A stretch of DNA of 62,412 nt. It comes from Candidatus Harrisonbacteria bacterium RIFCSPLOWO2_01_FULL_44_18. GTDB taxonomy: Bacteria > Patescibacteriota > Minisyncoccia > UBA6257 > WO2-44-18. The position numbers were made by a program, and so were the translations under genes. Below the pieces are notes generated by a model. The model saw only the letters and a list, made by a program, of their open reading frames with translations. It had not been told where the DNA came from and searched no databases. Numbering within the stretch: the first letter of the stretch is position 1; the number at the start of each line of letters is the position of its first letter. Below are positions 18,020-28,936 of the stretch, one piece after another. The DNA is taken from NCBI GenBank assembly GCA_001817915.1, contig MHJJ01000011.1:17710-80121 (forward strand), written 5' to 3'.

Positions 18020-19387
18020 CTAAAGTTTCCCTATTTTCTCTAAAATTCTTGAAAAATTCCTCGCAAAATCGAAAGCGGCATTAAGCGTCAAAAAAAGGAA
18101 AGATATTTGGGTTAATTTTAAAATGCTTTCCCAACGTCGGGCTATGGCATAGATTGCGTAACTGGAAAGCATTGCCAGTATCGGATATATTGGGTAGCGA
18201 TAACGAGTTTCTACGGTAATAAAAATAACGGCTAGGGGTATGCCTAGGAATAAAATCAAAAAAATAGTGAAACGATTTTGCCCGCCCAGAGAATAATCTT
18301 TTTCCCCTACTCTTCTTTTCAGCATCAGCAAAAAACCGGCGGCGCCTAAAGTCAAAAGCGCGATCGAATACGTTGCCGAAGCCAAAAGCGTAATCAACTT
18401 TTCCCATCCCTCAAGATACGGCCACCAACCGGTAGGGCGCAGAAAACTGAAGTAAGTAGAAGTCCGATAAATGGTCAATTTGGCAAAATGCGCGGGGTTT
18501 TGGATGATATACAAAAGCGTGTCTTTGAACATCTGTTTATCGGCAGTAATAAGATCATAAGATTTGTATTTTTTAACAAATTCGTATCGTGAATCATCAA
18601 GTTCTCCCGAAGCTTTGGGATGATTGCCGGCCAGAAAATTATTTCCGGAGACAACCGCGGTTGGAATAAATGAATGGTATATTGAATAGTTGCGTATGGT
18701 CCACGGCGTCAAAACGGCCGCGAACAGCAACAAAAAAAACAATAGATGTAAAAACTGTTTTTTAAAATAAAAAGCGAGGAGAAAAGGAAAAAGCAGAACG
18801 CCGAGGTTGGCGCGAACTAACACCAGCAATCCCAACAACAAGCCCAGCAAAACGGCCTTGGCAGTAGATGTTTTTTCAAAATACGAAAAAGCGTTGTAAA
18901 TTGTTAGCAACATGATAAAAATAGCCAGATTTTCGGTTAAAAGCATGGAACTCGCGATAATAAGGTCGGGGTGAAAGGCAAACAGAGCGGCGGCGCCAAT
19001 GCCTATCAGCGAATGCCAGCTTTCCTTAAATACTAATTTTGCTATGGCAAAAACAAGCCAAGCAGAAATGGCGTGAAAAGCGGCTTGGAATAGCCATACA
19101 ATCCAAAGATAGCGGCCAAATATCGCGTATATGGCCGCCAGAAAGAATTCATAACCGGGCCCAACCCGGATAATAACCCGATCCTTCGCGAGAGGAACAT
19201 CGGTTTCCAAACGATAGCCCTCGCCGGAAACTAAATTCTGGGCGATAAAGTCGTATGCCTCGGCATCAACTATCGGCTGAATTTTATAAAAAATGGAGTA
19301 AGCCGCCGAAATAAGAAAGGCCGTTATTACAATGCCGATTAAAAATTTTCTTTCGTGTTTTTCAATTGTATCAAGTAATGCCGTCAT
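18020..19387 (-). CDS. GT-C membrane glycosyltransferase, family 39/83-like (PMT/ArnT-type)
   Basis: 455 aa and polytopic. The first-loop motif VDAEAYDFIAQNLVSGEGY is typical of PMT_2/ArnT-like enzymes. Confidence 0.7.
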   Translation of the reverse strand: MTALLDTIEKHERKFLIGIVITAFLISAAYSIFYKIQPIVDAEAYDFIAQNLVSGEGYRLETDVPLAKDRVIIRVGPGYEFFLAAIYAIFGRYLWIVWLFQAAFHAISAWLVFAIAKLVFKESWHSLIGIGAAALFAFHPDLIIASSMLLTENLAIFIMLLTIYNAFSYFEKTSTAKAVLLGLLLGLLVLVRANLGVLLFPFLLAFYFKKQFLHLLFFLLLFAAVLTPWTIRNYSIYHSFIPTAVVSGNNFLAGNHPKASGELDDSRYEFVKKYKSYDLITADKQMFKDTLLYIIQNPAHFAKLTIYRTSTYFSFLRPTGWWPYLEGWEKLITLLASATYSIALLTLGAAGFLLMLKRRVGEKDYSLGGQNRFTIFLILFLGIPLAVIFITVETRYRYPIYPILAMLSSYAIYAIARRWESILKLTQISFLFLTLNAAFDFARNFSRILEKIGKL

Positions 19388-21060
19388 TTTCCGAATTTAT
19401 AAACTTCAATATAGGGGCCGAGTTGGCGAATATTGCCTAAAAGAGAAAAAGGACTAGATGGGTCCTGAAGAAGATTATGAATAGTAAAAATTGTCTCCGC
19501 TGGATAGAATGAAGCCGCCAACTCCTTTTTAAAGGGCATGGCTAAGGCGCGGCTTCTGTCTTCGCGGCTCCAAAAACTAAATAGATAGTAGCCGGAGGTA
19601 AACCTAGAAAAATCTATCGCTTTGTCCGGTAAATGAGCTTGATCTAGGACAAAATAGTTGGGCTTAGGGAACCGGTCGTCCGGGAGAGTAAGGAGATAGC
19701 TGTCGCGCGTATTAATCCAGAAAGGATTTTTCTCCTGTTGATAGAGAATCCCCGCCCGATTATTGTTCATAACCGTATTCGGCAAATCAAGTATTATTAC
19801 GCTACCGTCCGGCGCGTTGCGATAAATCCATTCTACGGCATCATTTCTTGTATCATTTTTCCGCAAAAGAAAAAAGTAATTAATGCCCGCAAACAGCTCG
19901 TAGCCCAACAATAAAAACAGAATTATCGCGCAAATCGCGCGTTTCAAGATTTTTGAAAGGGCCGATTCCCAAAGCGCGACGACAACAGCCGCGGCGCCAA
20001 TTGATAAAAAAGGCACTATCGGCAATAGATAACGATTCTCCAGTTCAGAAAATGTAATAGCGACTATCAAAAGATATAATAGCGGGAACCCTATCAGCAG
20101 AAATTTCCAAAATTTATTCCCCTCCCGGAAACACAAAAATACCAAACCAATTACGCCGACCGCGAGTAGCGCCGGGTTGTCATACCAAAGAAATAAAAAG
20201 GACCGGGGAATATTGTAAAAAAAACTGGAAGCGCTGGACAAGCCCTCCGCGGCCAGCGACAATTTATAACCGAACAAATCGGCAAGCGTAGCTAAGCTGC
20301 GCCCGAATTGTCTAAAAAAAGCAACGGGGTTAGCCCAAGAAAAAAACGCGACAATCGCCAACAATGCCGCGGACGAATAAATAAATTTCTTTTGAATCAA
20401 TCCCTTGCGATTGATATGCCACTGGAGCGCCGCCAGCCAAAAAACCAAAATAAGGGGAATATAGCCAACGCCGTACCCCAATCCGATAGCCAAAGCGGAA
20501 AGAAAATACCATTTTCTCTCCCGCGTTTCCATTAGACGCTGGAAGCTATAAATCGCGGCGATTATAAAAAAAGTGGCGGGCGCCCAAAATCGGCCCACTT
20601 GAGCCTCGTGAAGGTACAAAAAATCAAACGCTAAAAAAATTGCCGACAACAAGGCGACGCTGGGACTAAAAACGCGTCTAGCAAAAGCAAAAAGCAGATA
20701 AACGCCTCCGATGCCAAATAACGCCGAGATAATTCTGCCTACAATCAAAAATAATTCCCTGTTCAAAAGTACGAAATTCTGATAATCTCCGATTGACTCA
20801 AAAAAACCCAACACGATGCCGACGACTCCGATTAGGGCGTATGTCGGGGCGAGCAGATAAGAAAGCAGCGGCGGCAGATAATAGAAGTCAAAATTCGCGC
20901 GCAAAGTTTTTTGCGCGAGGAGAGAAAATCCGGCCGCGACCGAAACCAGCTCATCGCCAAAAAACGCCTGAGGCAAACCGTAACTCGCGGCGCCAAGATA
21001 CAAAATAAAGGCAATCGCGATAATGCCGGGAAGCGTAAAATAAAAAAAACGGGAATTCAT
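19384..21060 (-). CDS. GT-C membrane glycosyltransferase, ArnT/PMT-like
   Basis: 558 aa and polytopic, with a soluble C-terminal part. An acidic first-loop motif FFGDELVS is present. It overlaps both neighbours. Confidence 0.65.
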   Translation of the reverse strand: MNSRFFYFTLPGIIAIAFILYLGAASYGLPQAFFGDELVSVAAGFSLLAQKTLRANFDFYYLPPLLSYLLAPTYALIGVVGIVLGFFESIGDYQNFVLLNRELFLIVGRIISALFGIGGVYLLFAFARRVFSPSVALLSAIFLAFDFLYLHEAQVGRFWAPATFFIIAAIYSFQRLMETRERKWYFLSALAIGLGYGVGYIPLILVFWLAALQWHINRKGLIQKKFIYSSAALLAIVAFFSWANPVAFFRQFGRSLATLADLFGYKLSLAAEGLSSASSFFYNIPRSFLFLWYDNPALLAVGVIGLVFLCFREGNKFWKFLLIGFPLLYLLIVAITFSELENRYLLPIVPFLSIGAAAVVVALWESALSKILKRAICAIILFLLLGYELFAGINYFFLLRKNDTRNDAVEWIYRNAPDGSVIILDLPNTVMNNNRAGILYQQEKNPFWINTRDSYLLTLPDDRFPKPNYFVLDQAHLPDKAIDFSRFTSGYYLFSFWSREDRSRALAMPFKKELAASFYPAETIFTIHNLLQDPSSPFSLLGNIRQLGPYIEVYKFGK

Positions 21061-22004
21061 TTCAAATCGGCGTCAACCATCATTCTCACCAACTGGCGAA
21101 AATTAACTTTTGGCCGCCAGCCCAATTCTTTATTAGCTAACGAGGCATCGCCTTTGAGCAGATTAACTTCGAGCGGCCGAATAAATTTCTTATCAACCTT
21201 CACGTACTTCTTCCAGTCCAAATTGAGATAATCAAAAGCCTCTTTCACGAACTCTTTAACCGAATGTGTTTCGCCGGTGGCAATCACATAATCCTTCGGT
21301 CTTTTCTGCTGCATCATCAGCCACATAGCTTCCACATAATCGCCGGCAAAACCCCAGTCGCGGCGCGCTTCCAAATTTCCTAAACGCAGTTCTTTTGCCA
21401 AACCAAGTTTGACGCGAGCCGCGGCATCGGTAATTTTACGAGTAACAAATTCCAAACCGCGACGAGGCGACTCGTGATTAAACAAAATACCGGAAACGGC
21501 AAATATCCCATAGGATTCTCGATAGTTAACAGTAATCCAATGAGCGTAGAGTTTGGCCACGCCATAGGGGCTCCTCGGGTAAAAGGGGGTTTTTTCATTT
21601 TGCGGAACTTCTTTCGCGGCGCCAAACATCTCTGACGAAGATGCCTGATAAAATTTTATTTTCGGATTTGCTTGTCGGATTGCCTCCAGCATTCTTACAG
21701 CCCCAAGACCGGTAACTTCACCGGTGTAAACTGGCTGCTTCCATGACTCGGCGACAAATGACTGGGAAGCTAAATTATAAATCTCCTGCGGTTTTGTTTC
21801 CTTAATAGCATGAACCAGCGATGCTTCATCCAAAAGATCGCCGGAGAGCAACTCTATCTTGTCCAGTATATGAGCAATGTTTTCGTAATTTTTCTTACTG
21901 CTACGGCGCTCCAAGCCGAAAACTTTATAACCCTTCTTCAACAAAAACTCCGCGAGATATGACCCATCTTGACCGGTGACGCCAGAAATTAAAACGTTTC
22001 TCAT
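21057..22004 (-). CDS. gmd: GDP-mannose 4,6-dehydratase (or GDP-heptose 4,6-dehydratase, DmhA-like)
   Basis: [32 protein letters not shown] (YxxxK) and [10 protein letters not shown] motifs. Confidence 0.85.
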   Translation of the reverse strand: MRNVLISGVTGQDGSYLAEFLLKKGYKVFGLERRSSKKNYENIAHILDKIELLSGDLLDEASLVHAIKETKPQEIYNLASQSFVAESWKQPVYTGEVTGLGAVRMLEAIRQANPKIKFYQASSSEMFGAAKEVPQNEKTPFYPRSPYGVAKLYAHWITVNYRESYGIFAVSGILFNHESPRRGLEFVTRKITDAAARVKLGLAKELRLGNLEARRDWGFAGDYVEAMWLMMQQKRPKDYVIATGETHSVKEFVKEAFDYLNLDWKKYVKVDKKFIRPLEVNLLKGDASLANKELGWRPKVNFRQLVRMMVDADLK

Positions 22005-23119
22005 ATGATAGAAGAAAAAAGACGCGCGACTTTTTTAATATCGTACCTCTCCACCCATTTTTTCTCAATTTCGCTTATTTTAGCATAGGAGTCCCCGGAT
22101 AATCGTAAAGTTTCTTCAATCTTAGCCACAAACGCATCAACGTTTCTCAACGGCACAACATACGACAAAAGCTCAGGTGGCAACATCTCTTTTACTCCCC
22201 CAACATCAAACGCGACAAATGGCGTCCCGACAGCCATTGCCTCCAGTAAAACATGGGGGAATCCTTCTTCTTCGGAGGGCATAATAAAAACATCGGCTAT
22301 ACTATAATAACCGCTCAATTCGCTATTCGGTATCCAACCCAAAAATCTTACTTTGTCTTGTAATTGGTAATTAGTAATTAGTAATTGGATATTTTCTTTC
22401 TCTGGCCCATCTCCTATAATCACCGTCACCACATTCTCATCGCGTAGTTTATTTAGAATCTCCGGCAAATAATGCGCCCCCTTGCGCCTTGACAACCGAT
22501 GCGCAAATAAAATGACCTTGGCGTTTTCTGAAATTTTTAATTCTATTTTAAGCTTTGTTCTATTTACTAATTTCTGTTTACTGTTTACTTTCTCAAGATT
22601 TATCCAATTCGGCATCACTTTAATTTTTTCCAATGGCAGATGGTAATGCTGGGCATATTCTTTTTTAAGGCCTTCGGTGCCGGTTACTAAAAAAGTTATT
22701 AGTCTATAAGTTATAAGTTCGAAAGTTGCGCGCAGAAAATTTCTTTTATATTGCCAGGGCAAACCGCAATTCCAATAAAAAGTCCGGCCGCCAACCAACC
22801 TGGCAATGAGCGAGGAAAGAAAAGCGGATAGAAAAGAGTAATGGACGTAAAAGGTTTTATAACCCAATAAGCGAGCGTAAAATAAACGGCAATGCAGTTC
22901 GCACCAACGCAAGGGGAAAAATTGAAACCATAGAACCTGAACTCGCTGACAGCCCAGATCAATCCGCGGCCGCTCTCCCTTTTCAATAATCAAAAAGGTG
23001 TTAAAAAAATTACTGATTTCTCCGACAAAATCAACCAAATACGCAAAATGGGTGTGACTTTTGGGCCGATAATCCGGCAGTACATAGCACAGCTTCGGCT
23101 TATTATTGCTGTTTAACAT
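22001..23119 (-). CDS. glycosyltransferase family 4
   Basis: [29 protein letters not shown] motif. The start is moved to [14 protein letters not shown] (23119), because the track start at 23161 lies deep in the upstream gene. Confidence 0.8.
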   Translation of the reverse strand: MLNSNNKPKLCYVLPDYRPKSHTHFAYLVDFVGEISNFFNTFLIIEKGERPRIDLGCQRVQVLWFQFFPLRWCELHCRLFYARLLGYKTFYVHYSFLSAFLSSLIARLVGGRTFYWNCGLPWQYKRNFLRATFELITYRLITFLVTGTEGLKKEYAQHYHLPLEKIKVMPNWINLEKVNSKQKLVNRTKLKIELKISENAKVILFAHRLSRRKGAHYLPEILNKLRDENVVTVIIGDGPEKENIQLLITNYQLQDKVRFLGWIPNSELSGYYSIADVFIMPSEEEGFPHVLLEAMAVGTPFVAFDVGGVKEMLPPELLSYVVPLRNVDAFVAKIEETLRLSGDSYAKISEIEKKWVERYDIKKVARLFSSII

Positions 23120-23723
23120 TATGTTGAATGACAACAAACGTCGGCGACAGCAACCCCGCAAATTTTCTAATTTTCAATTTTAATACCGCGTAGGGAAAGT
23201 AACCTAAAATATCGGCGCTCGGAAACATTCCTCTTATATCGGCATAACTGAAAAAATGTTTATGGTCCAGATTTTGCAGTCTTTTGGGGGTTAGACCAAA
23301 AATTCCCAACAGCTTATATAACCAAAAATAGGAATTTGGTGTCGTAATAATAATTAATCCTCCGGGCTTAACAACTCGACGAATTTCACTGAGGATAGTA
23401 CGAATATTGGCGATGTGCTCAATAACCTCGCTGCACCATACTAAATCAAAATAATTGTCTGAAAGGGCAAGCGGCTTTTCCGCGTTTACAATAATTGTAT
23501 CTTGCCTACATTTTTCTCTATCAACGGAGGCGACCTGCCATCCTTTTGTTTTCAATTGATCGGTCCAATAACCATCTCCCGATCCTAAATCTAAAGCCCT
23601 TCTGCCCTCCCCGTCGCCAACAAAACCAAAAGCTATGCGCTTACCCTCGGTTCTATGCCGCAAACTGCCTTGGCCGAAATCTATTGGGACTTTCTTTAAT
23701 AAATCAAGTAAATTAAATCTCAT
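23103..23723 (-). CDS. class I SAM-dependent methyltransferase
   Basis: ALDLGSGDGYW and DLVWCSEVIEHI motifs. Confidence 0.8.
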   Translation of the reverse strand: MRFNLLDLLKKVPIDFGQGSLRHRTEGKRIAFGFVGDGEGRRALDLGSGDGYWTDQLKTKGWQVASVDREKCRQDTIIVNAEKPLALSDNYFDLVWCSEVIEHIANIRTILSEIRRVVKPGGLIIITTPNSYFWLYKLLGIFGLTPKRLQNLDHKHFFSYADIRGMFPSADILGYFPYAVLKLKIRKFAGLLSPTFVVIQHNVKQQ

Positions 23724-24673
23724 CTATTATCTATTTCTTCTTTAATCTTATAGGCCTCTTGATCACGAAAATCCTTGCTACTTCTTACGATAATCTCCGC
23801 CAAAAGGCCCATTAAAATAAACTGAAAACCAATAACTACAAAAATGGCGGTCAAGACGGGTAGCGGCGTTCTATTTAAATGAGTCCCTTCAAAAATCCTC
23901 AAAAATAAAGCCCATAGAAATATAAGGCCGCCTGAAATTAAACTGACAAATCCCGCTCCTCCGAAAAAATGCATCGGACGACGAGCGTATCTGTCAAAAA
24001 AGTAAAAAGAAACTATATCTAACAAAACTTTAAATGTTCTGGATAGGCCGTATTTTGATTTACCGTACTGCCGACTGCGATAACTAACTGCCACCTCGAC
24101 AATACGAGCGCCGCGGGAAGCAATATAAGCGGCCAGCATTCTGTGCATGTCGCCGCCAAGACTCACGCCCTTTAGAACCCTGCCGCGATAGACTTTAAGA
24201 GAACAACCATGATCGTGAAGTTTCACGCCAGTAACAAAAGAAATTAGCCGGTTAGCTATCCACGAAGGAATGCGTCTCGTTAAAATTTTGTCTTTCCAAC
24301 GATTTTTTCGCCAACCGGAAACAATATCAAAACCCTCATCAAGCTTTTCTAGTAGTTTCTCTATATCGCGGGGGTCGTTTTCTAAGTCTCCATCTATGGT
24401 CGCTATAATGTCGCCTTTCGCGACTTGAAAACCGGCATTGAAAGCAGCGGTTTGGCCGGAATTCTTTACAAAAGAAATAATCCTTGCCGGACGCAGCTTC
24501 TTTAGTTCGACCATCGTCTGATCAGTAGAGCCATCGTCAACAAAAATAATTTCAAATTTTTTAGCCAACCCGTTCAAAGAAAACAATAATTCATCGAACA
24601 ACCGCTTGACATTTTTTTCTTCGTTATAAACGGGGATGACAACCGAAATTAATTGATCATCCTTCATAGTCAA
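23720..24673 (-). CDS. polyprenol-phosphate glycosyltransferase, GT2 (GtrB/ArnC-like)
   Basis: ISVVIPVYNEE, FVDDGSTDQT and DGDLENDP motifs, plus C-terminal TM helices. It is a paralog of 6309..7232. Confidence 0.85.
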   Translation of the reverse strand: MTMKDDQLISVVIPVYNEEKNVKRLFDELLFSLNGLAKKFEIIFVDDGSTDQTMVELKKLRPARIISFVKNSGQTAAFNAGFQVAKGDIIATIDGDLENDPRDIEKLLEKLDEGFDIVSGWRKNRWKDKILTRRIPSWIANRLISFVTGVKLHDHGCSLKVYRGRVLKGVSLGGDMHRMLAAYIASRGARIVEVAVSYRSRQYGKSKYGLSRTFKVLLDIVSFYFFDRYARRPMHFFGGAGFVSLISGGLIFLWALFLRIFEGTHLNRTPLPVLTAIFVVIGFQFILMGLLAEIIVRSSKDFRDQEAYKIKEEIDNR

Positions 24674-24752
24674 AAGAATACCATCAGTAATAATATAAAT
24701 TCAATAGACTTGACTGCGGAACTATACGTGATAAGATCTTAAAATACTTAGT

Positions 24753-25139
24753 ATGAAAATTTTCAAAAACATAAAACCCGAATTCACTGATGAACGCGGA
24801 GAAATAACAACGATTCTTGATGACGGCAAAACCGCCATCCGCGGCGTTCTTATCATTACTTCTAAAAAAGGCTCAGTGCGCGGTAACCATTACCAAAAAA
24901 AGGACTCGCACTATTGTTACGTGCTTGTCGGAAAGATGAAGTATTTTGAAAAACCGATAAACGCCGACAATTCCAAAATGAAAACCGCGGTTTTGAAAAA
25001 AGGTGATATGGTTTATACTCCACCGATGGTGGTCCATGCCTTTCGATTTTTAGAAAACACAACTTGGGTATGCCTCGCTACCAAATCAAGAAAAAACGGC
25101 GCTTATGAAGAAGATACAGTCAGAGTTAAACTTATCTAA
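24753..25139 (+). CDS. cupin-fold NDP-sugar epimerase/ketoisomerase-like protein (RmlC/FdtA-like)
   Basis: 128 aa. FTDERGEI and VRGNHYQKK...VVHAF are cupin motifs. It lies directly upstream of an NDP-sugar C-methyltransferase. Confidence 0.5.
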   Translation: MKIFKNIKPEFTDERGEITTILDDGKTAIRGVLIITSKKGSVRGNHYQKKDSHYCYVLVGKMKYFEKPINADNSKMKTAVLKKGDMVYTPPMVVHAFRFLENTTWVCLATKSRKNGAYEEDTVRVKLI

Positions 25140-26370
25140 GGCGCGCTCGAATTGCCGCGTATGCTTGAGCGCCGATCTTCAAGAAGTTTTGTCCCTCGGC
25201 TCCACTCCCCCCGCTAACGCTTTTTTGAAAAAGGAAAATCTCGGCAAGGCCGAGCCATTTTTTCCTTTAACGCTCGATTTTTGCAAAAAGTGCGGCTTTA
25301 TTCAACTCCAGAATATCGTTTCGCCGGAGCTTTTGTTCCGTGATTATGTTTATGTATCTTCAACTTCGCCGGTTTTTGTGGCGCATTTTGAAGAACTCGC
25401 CGAAACGATCAAAAATCGCTTCGATTTTCCCGCAAATTCGCTGATTGTGGATATTGGCAGCAATGACGGCATTCTCCTTCAACCCTTCAAGGCGCGCGGT
25501 TGGAAAATTCTAGGAATAGATCCGGCGGTAAAAATCGCCGAGATGGCCACCGAAAACGGCATAGAAACCTGGCCCGAGTTTTTCAATCCAAAAATCGCCA
25601 AAAAAATCATTGCCGAAAAAGGCAAAGCCAAAATCGTCAGCGCCACCAGCGTCTTTCCTCATATTGACGACTTGGATAACATAGTCGCCGGCGTCAAAGA
25701 GCTTTTGGCCGAAGATGGATTTTTTCTGGTTGAAGCCTACTATCTGGCGGATCTGGTTGAAAAAAATCTTTTTGACACTATTTATCACGAGCACCTCTCA
25801 TACTTTACCGTCAAAACAATGTCCGAACTTTTCAAACGTCTTGGGATGGAAATTTTCAATGTGGAAAAAACCAACTCGCATGGAGGTTCTTTACGCGTTT
25901 TTGCCCAACGCAACAGAGGCGCCAGGCGAATAAACGCCGTGGCGCAAAAATTTATTGCCGAGGAAACCAAAAGGGGCTTTGATAGGGCCTTGACCTACTT
26001 GAATTTTTCAAATAAAATCGAGGAGAATAAGAATCGGCTCCTCCGGCTTTTAAACGATCTTAAAAAACGGAGTAAAAAAATCATCGGCTACGGCGCGCCA
26101 GCCAAAGGAAACACCTTATTGAATTATTTCCAAATCGGGCCAGAAACGCTAGACTATATAGTTGATGACAGCTCGTGGAAACAGGGACTCTACACGCCGG
26201 GGATGCATATTCCGGTAGTCAGTTCCGCCGAACTGTCCAAAAACAAACCCGATTACATTCTGATTCTTGCCTGGAACTTTGCCGAACCGATAATGAAAAA
26301 GCTTTCTCAATTTGCAAAAGAAGGAGGAAAGTTCATAGTTCCGATTCCCAATCCAACCATCAAACCATGA
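25105..26370 (+). CDS. NDP-hexose C-methyltransferase-type SAM methyltransferase (TylCIII-like architecture)
   Basis: N-terminal Cys4 zinc ribbon CRVC...CKKCG, SAM motif IVDIGSNDG, and a long C-terminal domain as in sugar C-methyltransferases. Confidence 0.65.
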   Translation: MKKIQSELNLSKARSNCRVCLSADLQEVLSLGSTPPANAFLKKENLGKAEPFFPLTLDFCKKCGFIQLQNIVSPELLFRDYVYVSSTSPVFVAHFEELAETIKNRFDFPANSLIVDIGSNDGILLQPFKARGWKILGIDPAVKIAEMATENGIETWPEFFNPKIAKKIIAEKGKAKIVSATSVFPHIDDLDNIVAGVKELLAEDGFFLVEAYYLADLVEKNLFDTIYHEHLSYFTVKTMSELFKRLGMEIFNVEKTNSHGGSLRVFAQRNRGARRINAVAQKFIAEETKRGFDRALTYLNFSNKIEENKNRLLRLLNDLKKRSKKIIGYGAPAKGNTLLNYFQIGPETLDYIVDDSSWKQGLYTPGMHIPVVSSAELSKNKPDYILILAWNFAEPIMKKLSQFAKEGGKFIVPIPNPTIKP

Positions 26371-27449
26371 CGGCTCAAGAATTAATCCGCGAGGACATAA
26401 AAGAAATAATCAGTTCGATACAAAAAGAAGCGCCTAAGTTTGAAGGCCAAACGGTTTTGATTTCCGGCGGCGCCGGATTTTTAGGCAGCTACATCGTATC
26501 TGTCTTTTTAGAATTAAATAAACAATTTAAAAAGCCATGCAAAGTTATCGCGATGGACAACTTCATCACCGGCTCAAAGAAAAATGTAATTAACGATGTT
26601 GAAAAAAATCTCAATTTTCAGTTTATAGAACATGATGTGCGAAACCCAATGCCGCTTAATATCAATGCCGACTACCTGATCCACGCCGCCGGCCTGGCTT
26701 CGCCGTATTACTATCGCAAATTCCCGCTGGAAACGATTGAGGTCGCCGTCAATGGCACTAAGAATTTTTTAGAATACGCCCGCCAAAAGAAAATAAAAAG
26801 CATGCTCTATTTTAGTTCCAGTGAGATCTACGGCGACCCAAATCCCAACGCCATTCCCACTCCAGAAACTTATTGGGGCAATGTTTCGGCAACCGGGCCG
26901 CGCGCCTGCTACGACGAGTCTAAACGCCTCGGCGAAACCCTCTGCGCAACTTATCATCAGCTTTACAACGTACCGGTGAAAGTCGTCCGGCCATTCAATG
27001 TTTATGGCCCGGGGATGAAAGTAAACGACTATCGGGTCATTCCTACATTCATGGTTAAAGCCATTCGAGGCGAAGCATTGCCAGTTCATGATAAAGGAAA
27101 CCAAACCCGCACTTTTTGTTATATCAGCGACGCCATCCAAGGATTTTTGAAAATACTGGCCTCGGATAAAAATGGAGAGGCTTTTAATGTCGGAACGGAC
27201 GATGAAGAAATAAATATGGTTAGCTTGGCTAATCTTGTAAGCCAATTATCCTCCAAATCAGTTCCGGTCCAATTGGTAAGTTATCCGGAATCCTATCCCG
27301 CCGGCGAACCGCAAAGACGCTGCCCGGACATCAGCAAAATTCAAAACACTCTCGGTTATCAACCAAAAGTAAATCTTAAAACCGGTCTTGCGCGCACTAT
27401 CGCGTGGTATCGCGATATTCTTGAAGATGACAAAACCACGTTCGCCTAA
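26367..27449 (+). CDS. NAD-dependent SDR, UDP-glucuronate decarboxylase / NDP-sugar 4,6-dehydratase-like
   Basis: ISGGAGFLGSY and YDESKRLGE (YxxxK) motifs. The start is set at the ATG of the ATGA overlap with the preceding stop (26367-26370), instead of the track start at 26175. Confidence 0.75.
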   Translation: MTAQELIREDIKEIISSIQKEAPKFEGQTVLISGGAGFLGSYIVSVFLELNKQFKKPCKVIAMDNFITGSKKNVINDVEKNLNFQFIEHDVRNPMPLNINADYLIHAAGLASPYYYRKFPLETIEVAVNGTKNFLEYARQKKIKSMLYFSSSEIYGDPNPNAIPTPETYWGNVSATGPRACYDESKRLGETLCATYHQLYNVPVKVVRPFNVYGPGMKVNDYRVIPTFMVKAIRGEALPVHDKGNQTRTFCYISDAIQGFLKILASDKNGEAFNVGTDDEEINMVSLANLVSQLSSKSVPVQLVSYPESYPAGEPQRRCPDISKIQNTLGYQPKVNLKTGLARTIAWYRDILEDDKTTFA

Positions 27450-28290
27450 CGGGATAAATTTTGCCCTTTTTGGTCTTGGGAAATTTGGAAAAAATTATCA
27501 GCGGCTTTTAAACCCTAAAGCCATCGTCACGGCGCATTCGGGAAACGCCGAAGATGTCTTTAAAAATCCTGAAATAGACGCGGTTGTAATCGCCACGCCG
27601 CCTTCTACGCACTTTGATCTAGCTAAAAAAGCTCTTGAAGCCGGCAAGCACGTACTTTTGGAAAAGCCGATGGTGTTGAGCGTCGCGGAAGCAAAAAAAC
27701 TTCGCCAGATTGTTAAAAAAAGCGGCAAGGTTTTTATGGTGGGCTATCAATACCTTTACAATGACTACATCAACTACCTTAAAAAGGAAATTGGGAGCGG
27801 GGCTTTCGGAAAAATTCTTGAAGTAAAAAACGAGCATCTGGTCAGCCCACCGCGAGAGGACGTGGATATTTTCTGGGACGCCGCTCCGCATCCGCTTGCG
27901 ATTTATCAATACTTCTTTTCGCCAGAGAAATTGATTTCTGCCGAAGGAAAAATCGAACACGATTCAGCCGCAGTAAAAGTAAAATTTGAAAACGCTCCCG
28001 TTCTTGAAATTATTGCTTCCACTTCCGGCGACGCAAAAACTAGAAAATTAATTGTTGTTGGCGAAAAGGCAACAGCCATCCTCGATGAAACTTTGGAAAA
28101 AGATAAATTGACCATCATAAAAAACGGGCGAACCGCGAATCCTCAAGTTAAATTTAAAGAACCACTCCGGAGCGAAGTGAAGCATTTTATCCAATGCATT
28201 CAAACCGGCAAAACTCCTTTAACTGATGTTGACTTTGGCGGCCAAATAACCGAATGGCTTAGTATAATCTCAAAAAGCGCCTCAAACTAA
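27427..28290 (+). CDS. Gfo/Idh/MocA-family NAD(P) oxidoreductase (sugar oxidoreductase)
   Basis: N-terminal FGLGKFGKNY Rossmann motif and the LLEKPM (EKP) motif. The start is moved to MTKPRSPNG. Confidence 0.7.
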   Translation: MTKPRSPNGINFALFGLGKFGKNYQRLLNPKAIVTAHSGNAEDVFKNPEIDAVVIATPPSTHFDLAKKALEAGKHVLLEKPMVLSVAEAKKLRQIVKKSGKVFMVGYQYLYNDYINYLKKEIGSGAFGKILEVKNEHLVSPPREDVDIFWDAAPHPLAIYQYFFSPEKLISAEGKIEHDSAAVKVKFENAPVLEIIASTSGDAKTRKLIVVGEKATAILDETLEKDKLTIIKNGRTANPQVKFKEPLRSEVKHFIQCIQTGKTPLTDVDFGGQITEWLSIISKSASN

Positions 28291-28294
28291 ATCC

Positions 28295-28927
28295 ATGGAG
28301 CGGTTTTGCGATAATCAAAAATTTCCCGAGCTGATGGTGAGGACGCTTTGTGATGATGACGGAATAAGAGTCGTGGACGCGGCTTATCTTTTTGCTCAAA
28401 CTACTGATAATGAAGATTCTGTGCTGATCGCCGGCACGCGCCTTTATAAAGATAATCGCGTTGGCCTTTTAGGAATATGCGCCGGGGATGATCGCGCCGC
28501 TGGTTATCCCGGTTTTAGCATCTGGAAAGAAAAGCTGACGCGGCTAGGCGTTCCTGAACATGCTATCATTGGCATTGATATTCCAGACGGAAATCTCAAC
28601 ACCCTCACAGAAGCGACGGCGCTGGTCCGAGAATCTAAAGGACGCGCTTTGAAAACTTTGTGCGTAATTGCTTCGCCGTTTCATCAAATTCGATGTTTCG
28701 TTTCCACGGTAAGCATAGTTTTACGAGAATATCCGGAACTGAAGGTTTATAGCAAAGTCGGATGTGCCCTGGAATGGAACAAGCGTGTCGCGCATTCACA
28801 GATGACGACGATGGGCAAGCGGTCTGAATTAATCGCCGGTGAGCTGGATAGAATTAATCGCTATCACGAAAAAGGCGACCTCGTCTCACCGGACGAAATC
28901 ATAAACTACCTTGACCAACGCGATTAA
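28295..28927 (+). CDS. YdcF/DUF218-like protein
   Basis: 210 aa. NTLTEA...VIASPFHQIRCF resembles the DUF218 SxxHxxR signature. Confidence 0.45.
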   Translation: MERFCDNQKFPELMVRTLCDDDGIRVVDAAYLFAQTTDNEDSVLIAGTRLYKDNRVGLLGICAGDDRAAGYPGFSIWKEKLTRLGVPEHAIIGIDIPDGNLNTLTEATALVRESKGRALKTLCVIASPFHQIRCFVSTVSIVLREYPELKVYSKVGCALEWNKRVAHSQMTTMGKRSELIAGELDRINRYHEKGDLVSPDEIINYLDQRD

Positions 28928-28936
28928 TAATAATTT

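Noticed and set aside
26175-26366. Upstream extension of the SDR gene (track start 26175)
   Set aside because: The extension overlaps the end of the C-methyltransferase in another frame and is Arg/Ser-rich. The ATG in the ATGA overlap at 26367 places the Rossmann motif at the normal distance from the N-terminus.
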